This document shows positions 38,448 through 50,039 of a DNA stretch of 64,000 nucleotides, in pieces. Under the pieces are notes generated by a model, which ran no database searches, was not told where the DNA came from, and saw only the letters and a list, made by a program, of their open reading frames with translations. Origin of the DNA: Carcharhinus longimanus (taxonomy: Eukaryota); contig JASCQW010000190.1 in assembly GCA_030264375.1 (NCBI GenBank), forward strand, positions 36,734,400-36,798,399. Direction: 5' to 3'. Within the stretch, counting starts at the first letter, position 1. Every line of letters starts with the position of its first letter. The position numbers were made by a program, and so were the translations under genes.

Positions 38448-41400
38448 AATGCAACATTTGTTCTCCGATTCTTATCTTACCATTTAATCATCAAACGCAT
38501 AAAAAAATTCAAACAGCACATACCTGTGCCCTCTGATAAAACTATTAAGTACAGCCACAGTATATATATTTTTTTCTTATTTATTAAAAATGTATAGCCA
38601 TTTCTGGATTCCAACCAGCCATATCATATGTTAGACAGCACAGCTTTATAAGCATACAAGGTAAAAGTAATTCAACTCTGACAATCTACTACTGCACTAG
38701 CTATTTCTATCAGAGCAATTGAGACATTTAAACAATAAAAAAAAGTTACCTGTTGTGTTTTTTCTTGGACAGCATAGAGTTCTAACTAAATATTTTCAAC
38801 ACAAATTCCTGTTACAAAAATGCTATGCTTTTGCCCATAAATTATACTGTACCCTGTTTGTCCCATTTATTCAAAGTGTATGTATTGTACTATATCAAAT
38901 TAATATTAACCAGTGGGAAATTTACATGTTTTATAATTTTTTTCACTGCAGTTTAGAGACATATTGTCATAAGGAATGTCTGACTTGCAAGCCAGACATT
39001 CTTGGCATAAAGGTAGCTCACTTGACATTATTAAATATGGTGCCAGGTCCTTTCAATTTAGTATTTTTGACAATTGAAAAAAACAACTGATTTTTCTACA
39101 GAAGTTTACATTTAAATTGTTCAAAAGGTTATTGGATGCAGGTGAATGGGCTGACCATGTAGCACGATGTTAGATACTTGCATGGATATTCTTAACAGCT
39201 TAGATGGGTTTGATATATCACCATAATTACTTGCTTCCCCACCAGGATGATGATACCCCTTCAAAGATTACTAAACCATTAACTAGAATCTCGTACTTCA
39301 ATCTGAACAGCTGTTTATAAACGTTCAGAGTAAAAGTTCTGTGATGAAGAAATTGTCCACTTAACCTCAAGAATACAAGTCACAACATTTGTTGTACTTA
39401 CTGTATAATGTGATTACATTCAGCAGTGGATAAGAACAAGTTTCCCTGTTTCAGTGAAGGCTTCTCCCTAGTGGACATCCATTAGGATGGAATTATTGTC
39501 CCCTTTGTAAGACATACAGAGTAATTTCTATTACGTTTCTTTAAGCTATTTCTCAGACCAAGTAACATACCCATTAAATAGTAAAAACCTTCATTCGAAA
39601 ATAGCCAGAGAGAAAGCTGGTGTGCTGAATTAGATCTACAATACTAGATACACTGTACAGAACCCAGGCTTTATCTTCCAACCAAAGGGATAACATTTTC
39701 TCATAAATGAAAGTAAAATGTGCTACACTGAAACTTCAATAGCTACAATGTTTTGCCCCAGTGGGGCTTATTTTATAGAGAGGTGAAGCACCTCAAACTT
39801 TCATTCACAGTCCAAGATCCTATAGTAAAATATCACCAGATGTACAAGGGTAGAAAAGAAGTCTGTGGATCTGTGATCAGGATGTTGTAAATATGCAGAC
39901 ATTTTATAAACCAGCTGTCCTGTCTGTATGGCCAGGGTAGTATGACTTCTTGAAACTGTTCTGCCAACAAATACAAAAACAAAAGAAAAAGGAAAAACAG
40001 CAGACAGCTCCAATGTAATACAAATCTTTTTTCAATATGAACAATTCAAACAATTGTCCATGGTTAAAACTGCTTCATGGTATAATGAGCACAAAGCCTT
40101 AAAGCCTTCATTACTGGGTTTAGCACACCCCAGGATGTCTCCATACTGAGCCAGTAAATATCCAGTGCACATTGGAAAGGCTGTGGAGGAATTGGCAGCT
40201 TCCTTCATTTCTTCTAAATCTGCCTTTAAGTACATTTTATTAGTGAATCACAACCAAAATAATTAAATCCAATGCTGCATCTAAAACAAGTTTGAACTAT
40301 CTCACTTACAGTTTTGGCTCTCTGCAGAGTTCCAGCTTGACCTCCTGCTCAAATCCTCTGTTCCCTGTTATAAAGTGAAAAGTCCCAGTCAGGTTGTGCA
40401 ACGTGGATCATATATGATTCCAAATAATCCACTTAGAGAGAAACAACTTCAGAAAATATAGTATCTTCTGCAGCATCAGTGTAAAATCCCTTTCACAGAG
40501 TCAGCTTCAGTAAGCTATACTTAGCAACACTTGTCACATAGGTGATTAAAACTGGAAGGATACATTACTTCAATTTATTTACTAAGAGTAGATAATTTTT
40601 GACCTGCCTTTGCCAGCAATCCAATAATCTGAATTAACTTAATATTCAAGTGTCAACATTCATCAAAAGTGTTATTGGTAATTGGCTTGTCTTGCTCATA
40701 CCAAGAGTTACAAGTTTCACTTTTAGAATGGAAAAAAGGAAATAATTTTGTATAGCAAGAAGGAATAGTGAATTTTGTAGAATCAGAGAGATGCTACGTT
40801 AGACATATCAGATGGTTGCTTCACCCTTTAACTTCACAAGTTTTCTGTACATCACCATGTCACTTGGTAGAGAAGTGACTATGATCCTTATCTATATTCA
40901 TGTCTGTTGCTCTCAGTTGAATATTGTGCACCATGCTGTTATTATTTCTCACTTTTAAGTTTCAACTTTAGAAGCATGATAGAGCCAGTGACCAACCAGG
41001 ACTAATCGAGCTCTCAAAGATTGAGGAGAGTAAATCTGGTTGGGTGACCACTACCTAAATGAAGTCTGCAGCACTTTAAAGGGAAGGTACATTGTTTGTT
41101 TGGTGTTAGCAAAAGAAATATTCTGGAATAGCAGGCAGTGTGGCTTCAACCAGGACTGCAGTCCAGGAAGGGGATCCTCTTCTGCTATAATGGACAATGG
41201 GTACTCAATTTTTTTTGCAGCCTTGGAGGGGGTGGAAGATCATGTTAATATCACAAGGATTGTTCAAAGGCCTGGCTGCGGTGCTGGAGAAAATGTAATG
41301 AGCTCACTAGGGCTGCCAAGGTACATCTCGCTTAACCATCTCTCAAGCTTTCCACATGGCCATGTAGCACCATTATTTGGTTCAGCAAATCAATCTTTCC

Positions 41401-42214
41401 TTCCATATAGAGGCCAGAAGGGGTAAAAATGATGGGTTTCATTCCCTAAAAGATATTAAGCAACCAGTTTTTTTTTAATGAGAATCTGACAGCTCTGTGA
41501 TTTGCTGGTTTATCTAACTGGCCTCAGGAAAATGCAGATATAATCACTGACTTGGGAGGATCCCTCACATTAGAGAACATCAGGACCTACTCTCTTTTCT
41601 GTCCATTGGAAAAATCATGGAAGTTTTTTCAGTTGCTTAATGGAAGCATGGACAGCAAACTGACTGATGCCATGGACATTTCCTGTGGCAGCCTGGAAGC
41701 AGCCAGAGGAAAATTCAGTCAGGTCTGTAGCGACCTTGACAACAACAAGTAATTCTGTTCTAGCTGTGGATTGCAGGATGGTTTTACAATCCAGTGACAG
41801 CTTCACTGTTCCTAAGTAAACTGCAGGTATTTTGTACTTTGTTGGAATGGCAAAGATTCCTGCAAGCATGCCTCCTTCTATTTGTTCCTTCCTCCATTGG
41901 CTGTTACTGCCAGATTCCTTGAAGCTGGAAACAGCCAGAAGCTCCCACAAAAGTTAATGGTGCTCTGCAGCCACCACAAGTAATTTGAAATGGTCTATAT
42001 GACAAAAACCACAATGCAATGCAATCAGAATGTCTCCCAAAAACCTTGAGTGTTTCAACCAAGTGCAGCTGAAGAACAGTTTAAATATCACTAGAAAGGT
42101 TGGTTCTCAATGTGTACTGTTCATGCCGTGTACCTAGAACACGTAGAGATAAAACAGCAACAGAGAGTACTAACTACCTCATTTGATTCCAATTTTCATT
42201 TGTTCATTAGATAT

Positions 42215-42352
42215 AGCACTTGGGGTGAATGGGATCAAATGTTATGGAGAAAAAGCAGGATTAGGCTATTGAGTTGGGCGATCAGCCATGATCGTAATGA
42301 ATGGCGGAGCAGGCTCGAAGGGCCTCCTCCTGCTCCTTTCTTCTATGTTTCT
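42215..42352 (+). mobile_element. CR1 3' tail
   Basis: gatcagccatgatcgtaatgaatggcggagcaggctcgaagggcctcctcctgctcct..tctatgtttctat. Confidence 0.8.
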
Positions 42353-42599
42353 ATCAGTCCCTGATTGATTTGAGGTCACCCCAGAAGATTTAAAAGAAGT
42401 GGACAACAGCTGGTAGGACAGAGGTTCCATTTCCTACTCAACTTTCGTCCTGTTTTTTACATACAAATTAGGGTGTTAGTGAATGAAAATGATCTCCTAG
42501 CTTATAGTAGTCATAAAGCCCTTTGAGAAACCTAAAATTAATAAAATAGGAACATATGCCACTATATGATCAATGTAGAATCCATTTCCTATTTCATTG

Positions 42600-43420
42600 C
42601 CGACACTTTGAACCTAAGATAGTTGGAACATTGCATTTTCTAAATGGTTGGAAGCTGGGAACTAGGAGGGAGCCGAAAGATTTAGAGTTCTAAGTACAGA
42701 AATCACTAAACGCCAGTAGATTGATACAAAAAATTTTAAAGGGCTATGGAATGCTGGCCTTTATCTCAAGGAGGCAAGAATACAAAGGGAAGGAATAAAA
42801 CACCAGCTAAATCCCATTTAGAATACGTCATGCAGTTCTTGATACTGCACCTTGGACAGATGGGGGTGTCGTACTAACCTTAGAGAGGGTGGAATACATA
42901 TTCATTAGGATGATTACTGAGGCTTAAAAGGCTTCATATACAGAACAGGTTGCACTGACTAGGTAATTTTCCCTTGAGTATAGAAGATTGAAGGGTTACT
43001 CAACTGAGATGTTTTAAGATGCTTAAAAGAGTTGATAGGGTAGAAACTATTTCTTCTGGTGTAAGAATCCAGGACATGAGGGCATAATCGTAAAATTGGA
43101 GCAAGGATGTTCAGAGATTCCAGGAAGCATTTCAAAAATATTAAACTGAATTAAAGTGCTTTGGGACATCTGGAGGTCATGAGGCAGGTTATAGAAATGC
43201 AAGTCTTTCTTTTTGAAAATCTGAAACTCCCAAAAGATTGTTGAGGCCATGTCAATTAAAAATTTCAAAATTTAGATTGCTAGTTTTTTTATTAGACAAG
43301 GGTATGAGTGTTATAGAACCAAGGCACATAAATGGAGTTAAGAAACAGGCCAGCCATAATCTAATGTTATGACAAAACAGGTTTGAAGGGCTGAATGACC
43401 TCTTTCGGTCCCTACAATCC
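42600..43420 (+). mobile_element. Old, degraded CR1 3' fragment
   Basis: Decayed RDLxVxV..SL / LEYxxQF / LExV / SLExRRLxG motifs, with tail gaagggctgaatgacctc. Confidence 0.7.
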
Positions 43421-44073
43421 TACCAAAGTCTGAGAATTTAAAAATGGTTCTAAATCTCTGAATCACGCTCACCCCTCAAGTATGTAATGTACCAAAGACA
43501 CAAAATCTCATTTTCTAAAATGTGACAGCACTCTTGCAGATAAATAACACATTTTCATATGCCCTTAGGGAAATTTAGCTGCAATTGTATAATGCTGCAT
43601 AAAAACAATCACAAAACACTTTAGTTCTAATGAGTAGTTAATAACTGTTCCCTTCACATTATGTTATTTTCTTCTGGTTGACAAATAGGAAAATCACTAT
43701 TGTACTTCCACAGACTTTTTCTCTCAAACTGTCAACAGGAAGAATTGAGTCATTTCAAATTTAGTATTAAACTTTTTCTAGCTTAGTATGTTATCTTCAG
43801 CCAATCTTCCACCCAGAGAGAAATTTAAAAACTCGTCAGAATGGGTTCCTGAAGTTCCCATTAGCTCAAACCATGGCAACAGTACCTGCATGAATAGTTA
43901 GATTAGACAACACCAGCAATACAAAATTGGGTAAAAAAAAGAGGGTGAAATTCCTCTGATTTTTAATTTTACTGGAAAAAATAGCATAAAAGAAATAATT
44001 TTCCACTGTGTACTGATGCTGGCTTACTTGATAAAATTGACAGGAAGAGTCAAACATTCGAAGAGCAAATGAG

Positions 44074-44499
44074 CTTTCATTTATGTTGCACCTTTCATTA
44101 CCTCAGGATGCCCCTAGGCATCTTACAGAAGTATTTTTGAAGGTTAACAATTGTTGGAGTGTAAGAAATGGGGTGGCAAATTTGCATGCAGAAAAATTCT
44201 TAAGTAGTAATGAAATAAATGGCATGATCATCTACTTCAGATGTTGATTGAGGAATAACTGTTCACCAGAAAACCAGCATTCCTTTTCTTGTCTTCATGT
44301 AGTGCCATAGGGTTTTTTCCCTCTACCCAGGAGGGCAGATGGGCTTTGGATTAACATCTCACCTAATGGCACTTCCAGAATTACAACATTCCCCCCCATG
44401 ATGCACAGAAGTGCCAGCCTGGAATATGTGCTTAAGCCATTATAGTCGGGCTTGAACTTTTGATCTTCTGACTCAGGCGATAGTACCACTGAGCCAAGA
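44074..44499 (-). mobile_element. SacSINE1/Deu-domain-like ancient SINE
   Basis: The minus strand starts cttggctcagtggta..cgcctgagtcagaaga..gttcaagccc (tRNA-like). It has a central Deu-like region and an L2-like 3' end aggtgcaacataaatgaaag. Confidence 0.7.
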
Positions 44500-45974
44500 C
44501 CGACAAATTACACATAATGAACAGTCACAATATTCAAATAATTTAATTATTTTGTTGATAATTAACATCCAATTGGAATTGGAAGTGCTAATTATGGATT
44601 GCAAAATCACTACCATTTCACTTTCAAAATGTTTTAGCTCATCAGTTCCAACAAACATTTTAATAACCACATAAAAATGAAATCTAAGTGACATCTTAAG
44701 ATGCAGTTTTACGGTCACTGTTACATCAAAGCAAACCAACTTCACATATTAACTTAAAAATGACGTTATCACATAGAAGTAATATCATTACACGAAAACT
44801 AAGATGTGAACACTCCTCTGGGGTGAGAAGAGTGAAGACCTTTTGAGTTTAGTCCACTGTATTATAATTCTTAATGCAAAGTTTCATTTAAAAAGTTGCC
44901 AAGTGGTCCACTGGACTTTCTGAGAACTTTGAAAGTTAAATTTATAGTCTCTTTAACGGTAAGGGAAAACATATCCTGCCAAACACTTTCTAAGGGAAGG
45001 GAATAATTAGGAATGGGTTGCAATTGTTGGCCCTGTTAGCGACACTCACATCCCAGAAGCGAATAATAACTAACTCACAAATTAATGCACATACCACCTT
45101 GTTGCTGGCAGTATACAATAAGAGTAAGCAGTTTTATTCCGTTCCACTGAGCAGCCAATTCTACAGGTATCAATCTGGAAACAGTAACTTAAGTATAACT
45201 ACAGTCTTGAGTAATGAATCACTTCCTTCCTTGACTTTGTCTATCCATCATTATTCTTGGTTTAGCTTTCAAAAAAGGAAGTGATGCATGACATCATTTT
45301 CACATCTTAATCTTTAGCTCAATTGCAACTTGTTTAAAATACTACCAGTCTTCTGTGACAGTATTCACAGTAAGTCAGATGATGTGCTGTTACATAAGGA
45401 CAGGAGCACACAGTGGTAGATTTTTAACTTCATCGTCCAGACAGCAATCTGGTACAGATCATACACCCTTTCCAGAATTTGCCTGATTTTCATTTCATTG
45501 AATTAATGGAGCGAAAATGAGGTGGGTTCTGTAAAAACAGTGACTACTTAAATTATCCGGCATTTCTTTCCAGACCACAAAGATGAATTGCTGAAAACAG
45601 GCACATTTTGAGTCACAAAGACGGTACTGACATTAGTGAAGGAAATTTTACNNNNNNNNNNAGACCACCTGTCAAACAAAATAAGGAACAAAATCCTACC
45701 TTCCTTTCTTTAATGACAATGAATCCTGTAAACTGCAGATATTCAAGGCATTGGCCTTAGTTGTCCTTTTTCTCACTCAAAACATCAGTTCTATAAAAAT
45801 GTTCCCAAAGATCTTAAAACACCAGCTGAGATCACAATCAATACCTAATCAGCTGCAAGTGTTAATAATGTATATTTTGAAGCAGTTACAACAAAATTTG
45901 CATTTCAAGTACAGTACTTCTGCAGTGGAGCCATTTCCAATGACAGTCTCAGTGATGATTAGACTTAGGGCCTA

Positions 45975-46100
45975 GGTCCACATAGGATCAGGAATGTACC
46001 CATCTTCTGGGTCCAAATGAGGACACATACACATGTATCTTCTGAGTCCACATGGGTTTGGGTGTGTATACATCTTCGAGGTCCATGTGGGGTTGTGGCT
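45975..46100. repeat. 35-bp-period tandem repeat, about 3.5 units
   Basis: Units start at 45975, 46010, 46045 and 46080, each beginning (g/a)gtcca. The three complete units end atcttc(tg/ga). Confidence 0.8.
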
Positions 46101-47094
46101 GCAGTGGCAATTCAAACCCCGACATCCACATGGACAAAAAGAGGTCCAGCAGCAATCCATCAGTGATCATGGTCTTCAAACTTAGATACAGAACATTCTT
46201 TGCATATTTCAAAGTGTGACATTAGACATATCCCGTATGTAAACATATAAAAGTGTTTGCTATATTGCAAGCTGTCTGTTTTTGGCAGTTTCAGTTTTTT
46301 GCAGATTTCACAACATTGCTGATGGGCGAAATTCTCCCATTTTGAGACAAAATGCAATGGTGGAGCCTATGTCACTGGCCAGAATGACATGCCAGATTTT
46401 GCGCTTGAAACCTCGTTAATTATACCAGTGAGTTCCACTGACTCTCCCAGCAGGTTGGCAGCTAATTCATCTGCCTGCCCTCAGCTAACGGGTTTGAATG
46501 TCCTAGCACAATTTTAAAATACCAATCCAGCACACTCCTATCACTCTTTCCAGCATACCTACCTCTACCAGACTGTGCAGGAGATCAGCAACCCAGAAGG
46601 AAAAGGCTAGCAGCTTCAAGAAGAAGTCTGTTCCTCGATTTAATCACTGTCCTCTCCACTGCCTATCACCTGCAAGCCCCACTTGGCCTTTTACCGACCA
46701 CCTCTGGAATCTTCATCCATCCCCATCCAATAAACAAAATGGTATCCCTTTAACCCCTTTGTTCCAAATTCATTGCCCTTGGTCTTCCCTCTATTTTCCA
46801 TTGTTTGTCTTCTTTATCCACCTCTTTGTCCCTCTGCCTGCCACCATGAGTCCTCACCTACTCTCCTTCTCTCTCCCCTCCTTGCATAGCTCTCATTCCA
46901 CATGGACCCTTTGTCGTCGTCAGGCTACCATTCTGAGCAACTATTAACCTTAAGTTTGCAACTGTTTAAACCAATCTTGCCTTTCTCTTAAAATGGCATG
47001 ACACCATAATCACAAAGAAGGAAAGTCTCCAGGAAAGCAGCTTTTTTCAAACTATTCCCTCAATTATAGAGGAAAATATATTACTCAAAAATTT

Positions 47095-47412
47095 GGGCGG
47101 CAAAGTGGCACAGTAGTTAGCATTACTGTTTCACAGTGCCAGGGACCCTGATTCGATTCCAAGCTTGGGTCAGTGCGGAGTTTGTACATTCTCCCCATAT
47201 CTGTGTGGGTTTTCCTCCAGGTGCTCCAGTTTCCTCCCAGAGACCGAAGTTGTGCGGGTTAGGTGAATTGGGCATGCCAAATTGCCCTTTAGTGTGAGGA
47301 GGACTAACTAGGGTAAATGCATGGAGTATTGGGGATAGGGCCTGGGTGGGATTGTGATCAGTGCAGACTTGATGAGTTGAATGGCTTTCTTCTGCACTAT
47401 AAGATTCTATGA
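47095..47412 (+). mobile_element. Full-length HE1-like SINE with CR1-derived tail
   Basis: ggcacagtagttagca...gattcgattcc head, V core, and a tail gtgcagacttgatgagttgaatggc..ttctgcactataagattctatga that matches the CR1 end at 22365-22414. Confidence 0.9.
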
Positions 47413-49604
47413 ATTTTTTTGGAAATTTTAAATATTCTTGCTGGGAATATCTGCACATCTCTTTCTCTGCACAGTCTCTTTCCCAGCTAGACTGTCCTGT
47501 TGACACTACTTAGGCATAACATTGCAAGTTATTTTAATGCAAACTGCAAGGAAGAAGATGTCTTCAGACTGACCTGCGGGCCACTTTGTAGCAGGAACAC
47601 AGGAAACCATGCTGCAGACTGTTTTGAAGTCCTACTTTGTTTCCAGTACTGCATTCACAATTGTTGTTATGGGTAATTTTGTAATCTCCCTCATTTTGAA
47701 GGTCCGCTGTATTATAAATTCATCATCTGACGACATTTAATAAACATCAACTTGCACACATATAGTAACTTTAAACACAGTAATTCTGTTAGTATCATGT
47801 AACTTAACCTTTTCAAATTTATACATTTTTGTGCTTATTAACATGAAGTGCTGGGAAACTTGCACTTCTTCCATTTTGAACAACCAATGTCAATGTGAAG
47901 ATCATGTTATAGGACAACCAGATGTCCTCAATCTATCTGAATTTAAAGAATATATCCCAGCAGATTAATTTTCCACACCAACAATCCTTGCAGTCTGAGT
48001 GGTAATGTCAATTTAATAATGTAGACTGTGCTGTGCCTCAAATTGACAAACTGTGAACTGGTTTTAGACTACCCAAACTGATCTCACAGAAGGCCTTTAC
48101 AGTTAGCAGATGGAGGAAAAAAAACCATTCAGCCAATCTTGGCTGCACTGAAATCCTGCTNNNNNNNNNNNNNNNNNATCTATATTCCAAGTACCATCAC
48201 ATGTTGAATCACTCCCAAAATACGGTTTCTTCTTTTCTGAAAAAGCCATGATCCCCTTTAATGCGCTCCATTAAAATAAGGAGATAGTCAGTAACATATG
48301 AAAGAACATTTTTAGCCTGCTGGCAAACAACTCTAAGAGTGTCATTATACGCAATTTTGTGGTTTCTACATCAGAACAATCCAAAAACAACAGTCTGACT
48401 CTGGTTTCATTCTGACTTTAAATCAGGGCCTCACATTGGAGGCGATTTCACTTTGCTTTGGCTTGGCATTACGTGCAGTATAACTCCAGCACAATGTTTT
48501 GTCAAGCTTAAGAAGTACTTAGGGCAGTCACTGGATCGCCTGGATATTTTGTAAACCTAAGCAGAGCTTGTTTAAACATTTTGAGAGTGTGGCTACTCTC
48601 TCCATTTAGATTCGTGCCAAGAACAGGGAAGTCCGCAGATATGGAAACACCTCTCTCGTGGCGAGATGCTTTCAGTAGCAAAGCAATATTATAGTTAAAG
48701 GTACAAACTTACTTACAATAACCACTTGATATGTTATGCTGCCAATATTTGACTCAATTTATTCTTGTCATGTATTGGGATACAGTGAAAAGTATTGTTT
48801 CTTGTGTGCTAAACAGACAAAACATGCCGTTCTTAGAGTAATTAGGGGAGAAGGAAAGGAGCGGGTGCCAAATATAGTGTTACAGTCATAGCTAGAGTGT
48901 AGAGAAAGATCAACTTAATATGATATATGGTCAATAATCAAATTCTACTATTTCATTATTTGTGAATTTAATTTTTGAATTGTTTAATATCTCACTGACT
49001 TCATGCAAAGACTGACCCAATTGTTAAAAAATAAATTTCTAATGGAACAGATTTGATATGATTTATTATTGCACATGGGATATAGCAAAAAGTATTGTTT
49101 TTGTGCACTATACAGATAAAACACACCATTCATAGACTACATAAGGGAGAAGGAAAGGAGAGGCTGCAGAATGTAGTGTTGCAGTTACAGATAGGGATAA
49201 AGGTCATCTTAACATATGGTTAATAATAGAATGATACTTTTTCATTATTTGAGCATTTAATTTTTGACTTATTTAAGTCACTGATTTTATAAAAAGATTG
49301 ACCCAATTGTTAAAAACTAAACTGTTGATGGGATAGATTTGACTTGATTTATTTTCCCACAGATAGGGGTACAGTGAAAATTATTATTTCTTGCGTGCTA
49401 TACAGACAAAACATACCATTCATAGAATACATAGGGCAGAAGAAAAGGAGAGAGTGTAGAATACAGTATTACAATTATAGAAAGCGTGTAGGGAAAGATC
49501 CACGTAACATATGGTCAATAATAGAATGGTACTATTTCATCATTTGAGAATTAATTTTTGAATTATTTAACTTCATTGACTTTATAAATAGATTGACAGA
49601 ATTG

Positions 49605-49930
49605 TCCCAGGACCAACCGATTCAAGAGCAGCTTCTTCCCTGCTGCCATCAGACTTTTGAATGGACCCACTTTATATGAAGTTGATCTTTCTCTAAATCC
49701 TACCTATGACTACATTCTGCATTCTCCTTTCCTTCTCTATGTGATTCCAAATAAACTGGTGGACTTTATCTTGGTGTTGTGAGACTTCTTACTGTGCCCA
49801 CCCCAGTCCAATGCCGGCATCTCCACGTCACACCTTCTCTATGCACGGTATGCTTTGTCTGTATAGTGCGCAAGAAACAATACATTTCACTGTCTACTAA
49901 CACCTGTGACAATAATAAGTCAAATCAAAT
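49605..49930 (+). mobile_element. Rex1/Babar-like LINE 3' end
   Basis: accaaccgattcaagagcagcttcttccctgctgccatcagacttttgaatggacc...tcaaatcaaat. Confidence 0.8.
49742..49832 (+). mobile_element. Penelope-like fragment inserted in a Rex1-like tail, with 11-bp TSD
   Basis: ccttctctatg is present at both 49731-49741 and 49833-49843. Confidence 0.8.
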
Positions 49931-50039
49931 TTAAAAATAAACTTCTGATGGGACAGAAGGCTTCATGTTAGCTTACAGTTTGTGAATGGAAGTATGTAAA
50001 TAGTTACCTCTACTTGTTTCTGCCAGTTGACCTTCCACT

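Larger units (their letters stand above)
48747..49956. repeat. Tandem triplication of a ~295-bp unit (minus-strand Rex1-like tail plus unique spacer)
   Basis: The spacer atatggt(c/t)aataat...ttgacccaattgttaaaaa..atgg.a.ag starts at about 48925, 49214 and 49509. The third spacer is completed at 49931-49956. Confidence 0.88.

Noticed and set aside
45975-46100. CRISPR-like repeat/spacer appearance
   Set aside because: Vertebrate DNA with no cas genes; the repeats are short and imperfect and the spacers partly related. Kept only as a periodic repeat.
47095-47170. tRNA gene-like A/B boxes (also at about 18480-18558, 38390-38447 and 44440-44499)
   Set aside because: These are SINE heads followed by SINE cores and tails, with no proper cloverleaf.
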